Positions 20,201 to 31,295 of a stretch of 64,000 bases of DNA are shown piece by piece. The number at the start of each line of letters is the position of its first letter. Within the stretch, counting starts at the first letter, position 1. Position numbers and translations under genes: made by a program. The notes under the pieces were generated by a model that searched no databases, was not told where the DNA came from, and saw only the letters and a list, made by a program, of their open reading frames with translations. This DNA comes from an uncultured virus (IMG/VR IMGVR_UViG_3300031788_000008) (Duplodnaviria; Heunggongvirae; Uroviricota; Caudoviricetes), in the IMG/VR virus record IMGVR_UViG_3300031788_000008, positions 1 to 64,000 of that record; one strand, 5' to 3'.

Positions 20201-22896
20201 CGGATGGTCCATGGGTAGCAGCCGTCCAGAGCGGTTCCGGACTTCCTCCTGGTTTGTCTCTTGACGCTAATACAGGATTGATTTATGGAACTCTGGTTGG
20301 TTCATATTTTAGTCCAAGTGTGATACAGTATGTAGGAACATCAGGGACAATTCACGGTACGGTGACAATTTCTTGGACAGTCGTCCAAAGTATGTTCCAG
20401 TTACAGGATAACATTATCGATAGTGAATTACTAGGTACAATGTATCCATCAAATAGTAATATCTCTGTTCCTGGGGGTATTATTCCACAAACAGCTTCTA
20501 TATTATACGGAAGATTGCCCTCTGGATTAACCCTCAGTGGTACCCCAACAGGACAAAATTTCTTGATCACCGGCACCCCACTGGAGGCTGGATACTTTGA
20601 TGTCTGGTTTCAGATAACATCAACAAATAATCAATCATCATATTTACACCACCGTTTTTCAATTAATTTTATTAATCCTTTGACAATTGTTACGACATTA
20701 TTACCCAACATCAGCGCTCAATCTTTCGCTCCTTATTACGCGCTTTTACAGGGATTCGGTGGAGTACCGCCCTATACTTGGTCGTCAAGTAACTTCCCCG
20801 GAGGTACGGGTATCGGGAACTTCTCAGGGCTGACTTTATCTAGTAGTGGTGTAATATCTTCAGCATCTCCTTGGACGCAAGCCCCAGCTACTCCTACGGA
20901 TTTGGGGGATATTTCTATAACTTTAACAGACTCTCGTGGTAGTAATTCGTCTGTAAACACATCTCTGGATTTATACTACAGTAATAGTTTGACTATTATA
21001 ACTCCATCGCCTCACGGAATTGCAATAGTGACTGATGATCCTAATGGGTACGCTTTTATCATGCAAGCAGCGGGTGGAAATCCACCGTATTCCTGGAGTT
21101 ATTCTGGTGGTACTTTGCCTAGCGGTATATCATTTAGTTCTTTAGGTGCGTTTTCAGGTATATGGACTGGAAGTCCATATGTCGCAACTCCAATTACGAT
21201 TACAGTACAGGATAGTACTTCCCCGACCCCTGTTACTACATCGGCGGTTTTCAATATACAAACCGGATCACTTACAGCGGGGATTGAATTTTCAACTGGT
21301 AGTTTTAGTTTATTTAAGCCTCGTGTTGGAACTGTAGGGTTTATTCCACGAGGAGAACCATATCAAGGAACTCTTATAGGGATATGTACTCAGCCCCCAG
21401 TAGCATGGCAGATAGCTCCAACAGCAGCTTATTCCAATACTTTATTATCTGGATTAACTTTACAAGCTAGTGGTAACGGGGCTACGGCTACTATTTCTGG
21501 GACATACTCAGGAGTGCCTCATGTAGCTACAACTATAGACGGAATATCTATTACACAAGTAGCTCGATCTGGAACCTTGACTACTATCACAGCTAATAAT
21601 ACATTACAAGTGGGGGATTATGTTATAGTAACATCTTCATCTAATTCATCACTGAATGGAACATGGCTTGTAACATTTGTAGATGGTACATTCCCAGCAT
21701 CTAATACATTATTCAAATTTAATACTGTGGCCTCAGGTACAATTCTTCCCACAGCGGATACAGGAACAGCTACGGGATTGGGGTATATCATACGAGTAAT
21801 CGCTGTCGATAATTTAGGTGATACAGCGGAGGCTCTGATACCCCTTATAACAGGAACTAACTTAGTTGTCATAGGGTGGGATACTATACCTCCATCGAAT
21901 TCCCCCTTCGGATATTCTTTTCCTTTACCGAATGATATTATTACAGCACCTTATGGTCCTCTTCAGCTTATCGCAACCCACGGAGTACCGGTTGGTACTA
22001 ATACAGATGGTTATAATCAATACACCTGGAATAGCCCACAGTTTCCGTTAAACGGCCTCATACTCGCAGCGACAGGAGCAACATCAGGTCAAATATCTGG
22101 TGCAGCCTCATCTTTATTTAGTCCAAATCCTTTGAATTGTAGCTTTACAGTTACGGACAGTATCTATAATCAATCTACAATTATTTTACCCCTATTTTCA
22201 CAAGTATCTGGACTAACTATTACAACGGTTGTACTACCTAATGTAATAGCCGGTCGAGCTTACGGTCCGATACAGATTACCGCGGCACTGGGTACCCCTC
22301 CTTATACATTCTCTGTGTCTCCGCGTACGGCTAGCCCTCTACCAACCGGAATCACTCTAACAAGTACAGGTGTTTTATCTGGTACTACTACTTTAGGTGG
22401 ATACACAGAAAATGTGACACTGCGAGTTACGGATAGTATCGGTGCTTATTCAGATACGACCTTCCCTCTGGTCGTTAAAGCTGGGTTGAATTTACAGACA
22501 GGTATCGACTATACGGACAGCACAAACACTTTGTCTTTAGGGTATATAACAGCGGCGGGTAATACTAACGATATAACCCCCAACCCAAATTTGTCTTTTT
22601 ATGTTATAGCAACAGGGGTAATTTCCACCAGTTTGTCAAACCTTGTAATTACATTAAGTAACCCCAATGTTAATGCAAATCCCATCAGTCTAGTTAACGG
22701 GGTAGCTACATTTAGAATAAGTGAAACAACATCAGAGGGATTGAGCTTAGCATCTTTAGGTGTCAATAATTTAAGTGTAACAGTAGTGGATTCAGGAGTT
22801 AGTGTTACCAAAACATTTACATGGACAGTATACAACGATGGAGTCATGGTGGTAGCCCCCGCAACGGGATCACTGCCAACACAAACAGTAGGATAA
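17281..22896 (+). CDS. multi-Ig-domain (putative Ig/He_PIG repeat) virion protein
   Basis: 1871 aa with many GGxPPYTWS...LPxGLxLxxxTGxISGTP...FTVxVTDS repeats. Confidence 0.8.
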   Translation: MSNPNVPLYNSAPATAIVDQNYNLTLSWVPTPDPNTGLYTLYDHWDISSTVDSLPTQLVKFSPPAGWSTAGGSLTFTQVLSAGNVVTLSMQAWLDTAETTYLTNPWEISDLATPRFFPNALVSSTLTFYNGTSNSTSLELGQPLTVTLNPAYVAAGQWQILWPDGTNTGWLPLSIRAITKSFSTPGAGNVVIQTRYSYSGSQYDPPTTLIRQFTQQIYVVDQQSPQTQGTTVGLTGYLGISGQQGFEIVTSSTPGYTIQPWEVIARAIVRDTITNELKLLVATSRYSNASSLFGTMAVDVFPLEGRPHAKGLITPPYELTTTSQTETSPVVISTTSLPNLIVGKSVTQILGGVPLQLTTSAGSGIAPFIWNSTGLPNGIVMNTSGVVSGTPLELGLFYATFSVQDSSIPFSIAEVTLPLLVTTDLLVEIAPGQTDANGNTLVQTGSTLGWAQVNTPYAVQMQVGNINTSVSIPGGLPPYTWSIPAGALPVGLSINPNTGLISGSPCTYNSTTDFSTVYSATVQVTDAIGAKATQTYTMQLEPAMLTFGQLDQPVIYATQQFRLVVPVFGGLSPYVLSDFLIPSSDSSYYSTASLIDGQVILDCNFPQNATGVHTFSLIVRDSASHTANSSFNVNVESQTNESFLVPGFLDYAWQSSTDVSKPTPIPVTGNFSGFILNGLIVELDAVAAAAGGTTIYTDSGFGCSFGGGSANAYAGYTFAVSGFQNSVNNGTFLCTASTTSSLTLNNPNGVAENLFPITFTLTSTSPVTGVLTNVDSPFITTTTYTGTVSGGAGNAYAGQSFEVSGFPTAANNGTFYCTNSSSTTLTLSNPNGVAETGISSPPATAVQSSAKALQVQKGAVLSNGITVAIDPNVPEIEFSGPPSGVIGNAQYIVPLQFQLEFEGSIQATISQTFTTLAANAISPPWLTGDIGAISTTTRPYLFGASQNELVGLNPRKPFYNSPSIPAFSPTPTPTDGPWVAAVQSGSGLPPGLSLDANTGLIYGTLVGSYFSPSVIQYVGTSGTIHGTVTISWTVVQSMFQLQDNIIDSELLGTMYPSNSNISVPGGIIPQTASILYGRLPSGLTLSGTPTGQNFLITGTPLEAGYFDVWFQITSTNNQSSYLHHRFSINFINPLTIVTTLLPNISAQSFAPYYALLQGFGGVPPYTWSSSNFPGGTGIGNFSGLTLSSSGVISSASPWTQAPATPTDLGDISITLTDSRGSNSSVNTSLDLYYSNSLTIITPSPHGIAIVTDDPNGYAFIMQAAGGNPPYSWSYSGGTLPSGISFSSLGAFSGIWTGSPYVATPITITVQDSTSPTPVTTSAVFNIQTGSLTAGIEFSTGSFSLFKPRVGTVGFIPRGEPYQGTLIGICTQPPVAWQIAPTAAYSNTLLSGLTLQASGNGATATISGTYSGVPHVATTIDGISITQVARSGTLTTITANNTLQVGDYVIVTSSSNSSLNGTWLVTFVDGTFPASNTLFKFNTVASGTILPTADTGTATGLGYIIRVIAVDNLGDTAEALIPLITGTNLVVIGWDTIPPSNSPFGYSFPLPNDIITAPYGPLQLIATHGVPVGTNTDGYNQYTWNSPQFPLNGLILAATGATSGQISGAASSLFSPNPLNCSFTVTDSIYNQSTIILPLFSQVSGLTITTVVLPNVIAGRAYGPIQITAALGTPPYTFSVSPRTASPLPTGITLTSTGVLSGTTTLGGYTENVTLRVTDSIGAYSDTTFPLVVKAGLNLQTGIDYTDSTNTLSLGYITAAGNTNDITPNPNLSFYVIATGVISTSLSNLVITLSNPNVNANPISLVNGVATFRISETTSEGLSLASLGVNNLSVTVVDSGVSVTKTFTWTVYNDGVMVVAPATGSLPTQTVG

Positions 22897-22900
22897 AAAT

Positions 22901-25078
22901 ATGCCAACAGTAACAGAACAAATTAAAGTAACAGTAACCGGAGCTAATCCAAATACTTATACATATTCTTTACCTGTGGATGTAACTACTGGATCTGGTG
23001 GTCCTCTAAGTATTACATTAACCGGCGTAAACCCAGGTCTGGACACAATTACGGCATCTATGGCATCTCACGGATATACATCAAATCCGGTAGAAGTAGC
23101 ATGGCAACAAACAAACGGAACAGTGGCGGTAGGTCCTATTTCCATAACTACTTACTCTTGTCCTAATGGATTTGTGGGTTATCCTGGTTTGACCGGTATT
23201 CTAGGGGGTCCTGTGATAGGTAATTCCCTAGTTCTTAACCAAGAAAATGAAAACTGGCCGATTTCAGGATTTAATGACACTTTGGTACCTTGGGGCGCTT
23301 CGCATCCTACTCCTGATGGAGGTGGGTATAAATTAAATCCAATGATCGTCGTAGAGCAAACATCATCGGGTGCTTACGCTAGTTATTTGGCAATACCTGG
23401 AACCGGTGGGAGTTTCACTTTAGATATGACGGGTAGCTTCGTGGTTAGTACCCCAGGAACTTACACTTTCTTTGTGGCTTTTGTGAACAGTGGCAACTAC
23501 GGGGTATACATTGGAGGCGGGGCTACGGTAAGTTCCGCAACTAATGTTATTGGTCCCAACCCTTTTCCTTCTGTTGGACCTGTTAGTGGATTTCCTCTAG
23601 CTAGTCAAGTAAGTACAAACCTGGGTACTTATCCTCCATACAGCTATATATATGTAAATTTTCCAGCGCCCGGGGTCTATCCATTCGAGGCAATTTATGT
23701 GCAAAGAACTTCAATTGATCCGGGGGGGTCTTCAAACGGAGCTTTTCAAATAGTTTATTTAGCTGGTACGCAACCAGATAATAATACCAATGTTGGATAC
23801 CAGTCATATCCAGTTTCCCTAATATCAACACCGCCGAATAGCAATCCCGGCACGGCACAGTTAGTGTTAACACCAACTGGTAGTGTAGCCCTGCAAGGAA
23901 CATCTGATACACTCACTCTTGTAGTTCAAAACGTAATTTATACATCTTTTCCTTATTGTCCAATTTTCGAAGGAGTAAAGGGGTCTCTGTATGTGTCAAA
24001 TGGGGTTAGTTCCGTTAACCCGAATTATTTTATCTATCCCACATACAACGGGAACAGCGTCAGCTTGACCGCCGCCGCTACACAAGGGGTTATAAATCTA
24101 CAAGGAAATAACACATCATGGCAGGGTCGTTTAAGTCTTGCAGCCGATCCATCAAACAATTGGTTTGACTTAAATTACGGGGGTCAAAGTTTTGATTCCG
24201 GCGTAGCAAATACTCAACTTACAGTATATGCTGATGATGTGGCATGGTATAATGCAGCAAATAAATCCTTCGATTCCTACGCGCCTCACTACCATGGGTA
24301 CAACGGGGCGATTAGTTTTGGATTAGAAGTAGACTACATGGTTAATCCGGGTTTGAATTCTCCTCCGGTTACATCATCTACGACATCTTTTTGGAGTTCA
24401 AGTTTCCCTCTAGGGTGTACAATCACTCTTAGTAAGCCCTTTTCACCTCAACAACAGGGAACTTTAGGGGACACGGGGAATTCTATTAGCTCGTCTATCA
24501 CAGCCTCTGGAGGTGTGGTAATAACATCGACTAAACCAAATATTAACAGCTCTGGGTTTTTGACAGGTTGGACTCTTTATTTGCAGACCCCTCTTACTAC
24601 CACAAACATTAATTTCAACATCATCGTTAATATTAGTGGTACGCTTACTTATTTGAATGGCACAAATTTTACTACGAAAGTTCTAACCTATGTTAATAAC
24701 TACGCCATTCCATGCCTAGTTGTTGGCAGTCAATATCAAGCGCCAGTGTCTTACAGCTTTAGTACTACACCAGCATCTGGAAATGTTGCTGGCACATTTC
24801 AGTTATCAGCAACGGTGTATACAACAGACACGGGATCAGTGACTTTGAACTTTTTTAGGCAACCTTATCTTGGTGGAACATCTACTATATTGGGTGCTGG
24901 TATTTTAGGTACTCCGTATACAGGTACCGTGGGAGGTAAGACTGTATACTATAAACCCTTTACTCTGACTGTTACTATACCAACCGGGTTAGGGGATATG
25001 CTTATGGGATATATAGCAACTGATACTCTTAGTACCTTGTTTACCACTTATTACAGTTCCACGGAGTATAGTAGCTAA
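22901..25078 (+). CDS. virion protein with Ig-like and PA14-like domains
   Basis: 725 aa; MTGSFVVSTPGTYTFFV...GVYIGG...GVYPFEAIYVQ is a PA14-like pattern. Confidence 0.55.
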   Translation: MPTVTEQIKVTVTGANPNTYTYSLPVDVTTGSGGPLSITLTGVNPGLDTITASMASHGYTSNPVEVAWQQTNGTVAVGPISITTYSCPNGFVGYPGLTGILGGPVIGNSLVLNQENENWPISGFNDTLVPWGASHPTPDGGGYKLNPMIVVEQTSSGAYASYLAIPGTGGSFTLDMTGSFVVSTPGTYTFFVAFVNSGNYGVYIGGGATVSSATNVIGPNPFPSVGPVSGFPLASQVSTNLGTYPPYSYIYVNFPAPGVYPFEAIYVQRTSIDPGGSSNGAFQIVYLAGTQPDNNTNVGYQSYPVSLISTPPNSNPGTAQLVLTPTGSVALQGTSDTLTLVVQNVIYTSFPYCPIFEGVKGSLYVSNGVSSVNPNYFIYPTYNGNSVSLTAAATQGVINLQGNNTSWQGRLSLAADPSNNWFDLNYGGQSFDSGVANTQLTVYADDVAWYNAANKSFDSYAPHYHGYNGAISFGLEVDYMVNPGLNSPPVTSSTTSFWSSSFPLGCTITLSKPFSPQQQGTLGDTGNSISSSITASGGVVITSTKPNINSSGFLTGWTLYLQTPLTTTNINFNIIVNISGTLTYLNGTNFTTKVLTYVNNYAIPCLVVGSQYQAPVSYSFSTTPASGNVAGTFQLSATVYTTDTGSVTLNFFRQPYLGGTSTILGAGILGTPYTGTVGGKTVYYKPFTLTVTIPTGLGDMLMGYIATDTLSTLFTTYYSSTEYSS

Positions 25079-25746
25079 TGGCAGACAATCTTGTTTACGG
25101 ATACGCGGGACCACCATTCAATTTTTTGGGGCATTTCAGTGCAACGCAATGGAAGGCTTTTCAGAGCTACGTTAACGCTCGCACTAAAAATTTCCCAGCG
25201 ATTCAACAACATTATCAAATTCGTGCCGCCCAACTGCGGAAGACCGCTGGTTTACTTGAAAAATTCTACGCCACAGTAAATGACATCCCACTTAACCCAA
25301 CTTTCAATAAATTGGTTTGGAAACCAGGACCTCAAGGACACTTTTACTACCCATTTCGGGATGATCATCTACCCATGGTCGCTATGTCCCAAATAAAATC
25401 GTATATGAGAGAACAATTTCAACGAATGGATGAAAGTGTATTTTCAATGAATCAGCTTCGCAATATCATTGAGAAAACAGAAGATAAAGCTCAAATTGCT
25501 AACATAGCTACTACTGATACTACCAGGGATATAGCTTCATTAATTACTCAAATCAACAGTTATTTTAAGCAACCTCGCTTTGAGACTGTACTTGTAGACG
25601 ATGTTTCAAATGTTTATCCAGCCGGGACGAGTAATCCTCGTTATAGCTGGCATAATTTAAACCCTCGTACACAATGGGAGATTGAACAAGTAGCAAATCC
25701 AGCGGGTACAGGAGCGTCTGTAAATATGCAGGATTTAGGGACATAA
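25078..25746 (+). CDS. hypothetical protein (structural module)
   Basis: 222-aa ORF translationally coupled (TAATG) to the upstream gene. Confidence 0.6.
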   Translation: MADNLVYGYAGPPFNFLGHFSATQWKAFQSYVNARTKNFPAIQQHYQIRAAQLRKTAGLLEKFYATVNDIPLNPTFNKLVWKPGPQGHFYYPFRDDHLPMVAMSQIKSYMREQFQRMDESVFSMNQLRNIIEKTEDKAQIANIATTDTTRDIASLITQINSYFKQPRFETVLVDDVSNVYPAGTSNPRYSWHNLNPRTQWEIEQVANPAGTGASVNMQDLGT

Positions 25747-25747
25747 A

Positions 25748-26542
25748 ATGGGTACATATGATTACAATGTATTGACTAGCGACCCAATGTCTAAAGCTCC
25801 CATTGGAGCATGTAACCACGTTATCTCCTTTGAGCGGATGGTAGTAAATCAAAACGATTTCCGTACTTTGAACTACGCTGGAAACACCACTCTCAATATG
25901 AGAGGTCCAATTAACGGAAGTACGAATGTGCAAATTTGGATTAGTGGAGAAGAGATTTTCTCCGATGATCCCGTTTACGGCTGGCAAGTTGTAATAGACC
26001 CAAATCGGATAGATACTTCAATACCGGCGGGTATTTTTTACAAAATAGTATTTAATCAATCGGTCAGATTAGTAATCCCACTAATTGAGGTATCTTATAT
26101 TACTATACAAGGGTTCTGCTTAAAGTGCAGCGCTACGGGGTATGTGAATGATTTAAAACCATCTACTTCAGGTAATTTTTTACATGTTTCTGGAGCTAGT
26201 AAGTTAGTGCAAAAATCATTTAAATGGATTCTTGCATCAATGTGTCCCTTTTACCCTACTTTTATATGTCAGATTAAAAATTATCTAGGGAGAAAACTAG
26301 GGGCTCAAATTACAGATACCGATATTCAAACAGAAGTAGTGAATACTCTTAGTACGATGCAACAAGTTCAACAAGCGCAGGGAACAGTACAAAGTCTTGA
26401 CCCACGGGAGATTCTAAAAGATATCATAAATGTAGTCGCTATTATTAGCCCAACTGATCCGACCACAATTTTACTGACAATTACGGTATCTAATTATAGT
26501 GGGCAGACGGTACCAATGAATTTTGAATTACCAATGAATTAA
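25748..26542 (+). CDS. baseplate wedge protein, gp25-like C-terminus
   Basis: 264 aa; CxxC then KLVQKSFKWIL...PFYP...DPTTILLTITV pattern; immediately upstream of baseplate J. Confidence 0.55.
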   Translation: MGTYDYNVLTSDPMSKAPIGACNHVISFERMVVNQNDFRTLNYAGNTTLNMRGPINGSTNVQIWISGEEIFSDDPVYGWQVVIDPNRIDTSIPAGIFYKIVFNQSVRLVIPLIEVSYITIQGFCLKCSATGYVNDLKPSTSGNFLHVSGASKLVQKSFKWILASMCPFYPTFICQIKNYLGRKLGAQITDTDIQTEVVNTLSTMQQVQQAQGTVQSLDPREILKDIINVVAIISPTDPTTILLTITVSNYSGQTVPMNFELPMN

Positions 26543-26546
26543 ATAT

Positions 26547-29500
26547 ATGTCATCACCAGCCACAACATTATCGCCGTTTATATTGGTCACCCCAGTTCTT
26601 CCTCCGGGTACAACGGTATTGTCTACGGATTCTTCGGTATTGCCGTTCATTATTAACGCTAGTTTAGATACAACGAGAATAGAAATAGGCATCTACAATA
26701 CCGTTTATGGGGTTGATACTTACACTACAAACACCAATCAAAATCAGTTTACCTTAAGTGTACCTTTAATTCTTACGACAGCAAATACTAATGTACAGAT
26801 AATTGGGCGTAATTATGATCCCACACAATTTCCTAACGGCTGGCTCGCTAGTACATCCGTAGCTCCAAATTTTGATTTTGCTGACCCCAACGGAAATGTT
26901 CAAGTGGTGTTGGGTACTTTAGTAAATAATCCTTTATCTTTAAATATCACATCTGGCACTACGGGAATCGTTCAACCATCATGGAATACCGCTATTCCAG
27001 CTAATATCACATATGTGAGCCTAGCTTATGGAACTTCAGTAATAGCTACACTCACAGCCGCTAATAATTTTGTAGCGGGACAATATGTTTACCTTACACG
27101 ATTGACCAACGCTTCATTTTTGAACGGGCAACTGGTGGTAGTTTTACCGGGAGTAACACCTACTCAATTTCAAGTAGCTGTAATTAATACCCCTCTAACC
27201 TATTTGGCTCAACCGGATACGGGTTATGCCCAATCCATTACCCTAGATAATGGGGTTGTATGGACAAACATAGGGCCTATAGCTGTCACCCCCATTGTTA
27301 AATTTTCATTACTGGCGTATCAAAGTAATTTATCTATGGCGATTTCCCCGCCCTCTGGTATTACCGCTAGTAAAAATCAATCAGAGTGTTTAATACAGTG
27401 GGTTACTCCAAATTATCCGGGCTTCATCGGGGTCAGAGTGATGCTGTCTACTGATCCAGCTGGAATCAATCCCCCATACACTCAGTTTGGGGATTTAGTT
27501 TCAAACATCAGCAGCACCGCACCTACAATTATTGATACTGAAACCACCAGTGCAACCAATGTGTCTGAAGTTATTATTACCGGCATTGGTATTTTTAACA
27601 ATGTCTTGACGGTACAAGCACAAAATACATTCACCCCGGGTACAGTGGTTCAGTTTTCTAATATAGCCAACGCAGATTTTCTTGATAATGAAACGGTCAC
27701 TATATTGACGACCACACCGTCTCAATTCACAGCTAGTTATACATCTTTGAATTATCCTAACCCTACCACTTCATCCCTCTTTATTGCAGCAGATACAGGA
27801 CAGGCTACAAGTATCGTATCCACAAACATTGTTACAAATACAAGCACAGTAATGGAGACAAATTATAGCAGTGTAGAGATTCCGTATACAACTATTAACA
27901 ATTCCATATTTTATGCTCTGTTTTCCACGATAATTCAAGACCCAGGAACAAATACAATGTACGAGTCTGTGCAAAACGGACCTTTAACCTGCGGCTTTGT
28001 AAACCTACAACTGGCTAATCCTACAGATTTTCCCGTTCTACAACGCAAAGAAGACATTGCCGGTAGATTGATTACTCAAATTACTCGGCAACTTCCGAAT
28101 TTGGATTTGTCACCCCGTTCAGAAATCCGTGATATGTTTATCGATCCTTTTTCGATTGAGCTAGCAAGTATGTCTGTGCGTGAATGGTTCGCCAGGGTTT
28201 CAGAATCTATCTCCGCTATTTCTCAAGTTGATAATGTTAGTGGAAACGGCGTATCCGACCCATTTCAATCATCACCATATAAACAACAAATCGCTAGGGC
28301 TTTTGGTTTATCCGCAATAAGCACTCAAACCCTTATCAATCAGCAGTTTGATTTATTGGGTGGGCAGGCTGGGTTAACTCGTTTGGGGGCTTCTACAGCT
28401 ACCGGAGTTGCTACATTCTACGCCTATCAGCAACCGCAGTCCAGCATTACGATTCCCGAAGGGGCAGTGATCGCCACATCTCCGGATTCTAACACTGCCG
28501 CGGTGAGTTTCACTACTCTAGGGCAAGGGGTTATTAATTTATCTAATCTATCCGCGTTCTACAACTCCCAATCTGGCTGGTGGGGAGTAAGCGTACCCAT
28601 ACAATGTACGCAACCAGGTTCAATCGGCAATGTAGGCGCTGGTACAATTACTCAAACAGTCACAGGTGTTCAGGCTGGGGTGAGTGTTACTAATTTAACC
28701 GCCGCACAATACGGAACAGACCAAGAAACCAATGCTGCATTTGCTGCTAGAATTCAAGCTCGTTTGGTAACTGGAATTGATAATAGCTCACGAAATGGGT
28801 ATTTGGTCAATGCTTTAAGCACTCCCGGTATCATTGGGGCTCAAATTGTGGCAGCTGGTGATTTGGACATGCTCAGAGACTGGGATCCTACTCGACAAAA
28901 GCATGTCTTTGGCTGCGTGGATATTTATGTGCGAGGTACTACATACTCAGAGCAAAATGAGTTTGTCCCATTTCAGTACGCCAACAACGGAACGTACGGC
29001 ATCTATAATACCTATTCTTCACTCGTTTACCAAGCGGGGACACTTCAGTTTCAAATTCAAGGTTATAATACTTTGGCGTATCCTCCATACGATGGTGTGG
29101 AACTACTGGTATCTCGTTCATCTACTCAGAGTTTTTATCTGTCATTAGATAGAGCCCAATTCGTGAATAACACTGTTATTCTAAACCCCAATGATATAGC
29201 ATATCAATATGCAGGTAACTCAATTACATATGCTAAGGTTGCGCTGAATATTAATAATGTTCCAGCCACAAATCAAGCCGCCTTAGCAGCTATCTCTGGT
29301 GCTTTGGTTAATACTTACACTTTTCAGTTGTTATTCCGTGAAAAATCAACTTTTATCCATGCTCCTGCGTTACAGCCTATAATTCAAGTGAATTCTATTA
29401 CAGGGGAACCTACTCCTACTGGCACAGGCGTGGTTAATTCGAATATTGTGAGTTTGATTCATACATCAGATTTTTTACTCAACGGTGGATCAAACAACGC

Positions 29501-31295
29501 TGGGGATCTGGTTGAAGTAGCAATACAAAGTCAACCTATTACAAATGTTATTACAGCCAGCACTATGAATCCGGTGTTGATTGACACCGCGATGGATGTC
29601 CCCCTGAATAATAATGGAAATCCTTTGAATGTTTTATCTGTTCTTAGTCAGGATATGTCAACTTCTTATATTTATGGAACAGACTACACTATCGTTCCCT
29701 ACGGTCCTTATCATCAGTATGGTTTGCAAGTTCTTACTTCTACTGTCGTAGTCACGGGAGTGAATATAAGTAATAATGTGATTACAGTCATAGCAAATAA
29801 TGAGTTTGGTATAGGATCTTCTGTAACATTAAACGGGTTTACAAACTCATCTTTCTTGAACGGCCAAGTTCTTACAATCGCCACAGCAACGTCTTCATTT
29901 TTTACAGCTACCTTTACTTATCCCAGCTATGTCGGTATAGATAGCGGTACAGCGATGGGCAGCGCCATTCAAAATAATCAACAGGTATCTGTAACATATA
30001 ACAAATTTGTCTTATATGAACGCCTGAACTTTGTAAGCGAAGAAACTCAGATACTTACCGGGTCTCTTCCTACTATGTTGGATAACGATGGTTTTGTATA
30101 TAATGTATGGTTGCCTCAGAGTTACACAACTGGGATACCTACTTTTCCCGTTACTCAGCTTGGGTATTCTTTGCTACTTGATGGATGGGACGGGCAGTAT
30201 AACACTATAGACGGTGGTTTGGATACAGGGGGTTCTTTAACTTTTGATCCATCTGGTCTAGTGGGTAATCAAGTTCCTTATGCCTCTAGATATATCAAGG
30301 TGACATATAATAATGGAATTTTAGATGTAGTGATGCAAGAAGGTTTAGATTTTACTTTAACCGTCGATCCTACAACAAAGGCAGCAACCATTACTCGTAT
30401 TCTTACTGGTAAGATACCTGACGGCGCTACAGTTAATGTATCGTATTTTACCTTGGAAACTTTTACATTTTCTACCCAGTATCCATCTTTTGTACAAGTT
30501 TTAGCAACCGCCATCGCTCAAACTCAGTCTGCTTGTGCAGACGTAGCGATTAAAGCTATGGTAAGTAACCCTATTGATATTACACTTACAGTTACCCTTA
30601 ACGCCAGCACATCTCCAGCAACTGTGGATCCTATTATTCGTACAGTCATTGATATTGTGCTAGATAACGCCGTAGGTACATTATATCAATCTGAGTTGAT
30701 TACACAAATCCAGTCGATTACCGGAGTGCAAAATATTGAAATACCTCTTTTGAGATGCGCTAAATCTGATGGCAGTTATGATATCGGGGTTGTAATTCCC
30801 ACAGGCACGAAATGGATTCCACTTTCATCTGACTCAGCTTTCGCCGGTATTAGTACCCCAAAAAATAGTTGGATTACAGCGGACCCCGTGCTGCCGGATA
30901 CTACGATTCCATCTGGAGGGGCGGTGGATGCTATTGTAGATTTTCTTTATCAAGGACAGGCTTTTCAAAGAGCTTTATCTATTCAAAATTTTCTAACCAA
31001 TCCTGTGACAGTTCAAAATATCGCTGTTCCTCCAGGTGCTACTTATGATACTCCCGGCTCATTTTATATCATAGGGCAGAATGATGAGATTAGTTCCACG
31101 GTGTCTTTACCCAATTCTTATTCTCAAAGAATTATCGCTACAGTCCCTGAAAATATTTTGAATCCGTCTTATTATAGTTACTTCTGTACTTATCAAGTTT
31201 ATAATGAAGGGGGTGCGTCCGATGTAACTGTATCGCCCACAGAATATCTATCCCCCGGGACTGTTACGATCGCATATCAAATAGCGGGGCAATAA
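26547..31295 (+). CDS. baseplate J-like wedge protein (gp6-like)
   Basis: 1582 aa; GLTRLGASTATGVATF...IPEGAVIAT...CTQPGSIGNVGAGTI...VTNLTAAQYGTDQETNAAFAARI...GCVDIYV is the Baseplate_J signature. Confidence 0.85.
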   Translation: MSSPATTLSPFILVTPVLPPGTTVLSTDSSVLPFIINASLDTTRIEIGIYNTVYGVDTYTTNTNQNQFTLSVPLILTTANTNVQIIGRNYDPTQFPNGWLASTSVAPNFDFADPNGNVQVVLGTLVNNPLSLNITSGTTGIVQPSWNTAIPANITYVSLAYGTSVIATLTAANNFVAGQYVYLTRLTNASFLNGQLVVVLPGVTPTQFQVAVINTPLTYLAQPDTGYAQSITLDNGVVWTNIGPIAVTPIVKFSLLAYQSNLSMAISPPSGITASKNQSECLIQWVTPNYPGFIGVRVMLSTDPAGINPPYTQFGDLVSNISSTAPTIIDTETTSATNVSEVIITGIGIFNNVLTVQAQNTFTPGTVVQFSNIANADFLDNETVTILTTTPSQFTASYTSLNYPNPTTSSLFIAADTGQATSIVSTNIVTNTSTVMETNYSSVEIPYTTINNSIFYALFSTIIQDPGTNTMYESVQNGPLTCGFVNLQLANPTDFPVLQRKEDIAGRLITQITRQLPNLDLSPRSEIRDMFIDPFSIELASMSVREWFARVSESISAISQVDNVSGNGVSDPFQSSPYKQQIARAFGLSAISTQTLINQQFDLLGGQAGLTRLGASTATGVATFYAYQQPQSSITIPEGAVIATSPDSNTAAVSFTTLGQGVINLSNLSAFYNSQSGWWGVSVPIQCTQPGSIGNVGAGTITQTVTGVQAGVSVTNLTAAQYGTDQETNAAFAARIQARLVTGIDNSSRNGYLVNALSTPGIIGAQIVAAGDLDMLRDWDPTRQKHVFGCVDIYVRGTTYSEQNEFVPFQYANNGTYGIYNTYSSLVYQAGTLQFQIQGYNTLAYPPYDGVELLVSRSSTQSFYLSLDRAQFVNNTVILNPNDIAYQYAGNSITYAKVALNINNVPATNQAALAAISGALVNTYTFQLLFREKSTFIHAPALQPIIQVNSITGEPTPTGTGVVNSNIVSLIHTSDFLLNGGSNNAGDLVEVAIQSQPITNVITASTMNPVLIDTAMDVPLNNNGNPLNVLSVLSQDMSTSYIYGTDYTIVPYGPYHQYGLQVLTSTVVVTGVNISNNVITVIANNEFGIGSSVTLNGFTNSSFLNGQVLTIATATSSFFTATFTYPSYVGIDSGTAMGSAIQNNQQVSVTYNKFVLYERLNFVSEETQILTGSLPTMLDNDGFVYNVWLPQSYTTGIPTFPVTQLGYSLLLDGWDGQYNTIDGGLDTGGSLTFDPSGLVGNQVPYASRYIKVTYNNGILDVVMQEGLDFTLTVDPTTKAATITRILTGKIPDGATVNVSYFTLETFTFSTQYPSFVQVLATAIAQTQSACADVAIKAMVSNPIDITLTVTLNASTSPATVDPIIRTVIDIVLDNAVGTLYQSELITQIQSITGVQNIEIPLLRCAKSDGSYDIGVVIPTGTKWIPLSSDSAFAGISTPKNSWITADPVLPDTTIPSGGAVDAIVDFLYQGQAFQRALSIQNFLTNPVTVQNIAVPPGATYDTPGSFYIIGQNDEISSTVSLPNSYSQRIIATVPENILNPSYYSYFCTYQVYNEGGASDVTVSPTEYLSPGTVTIAYQIAGQ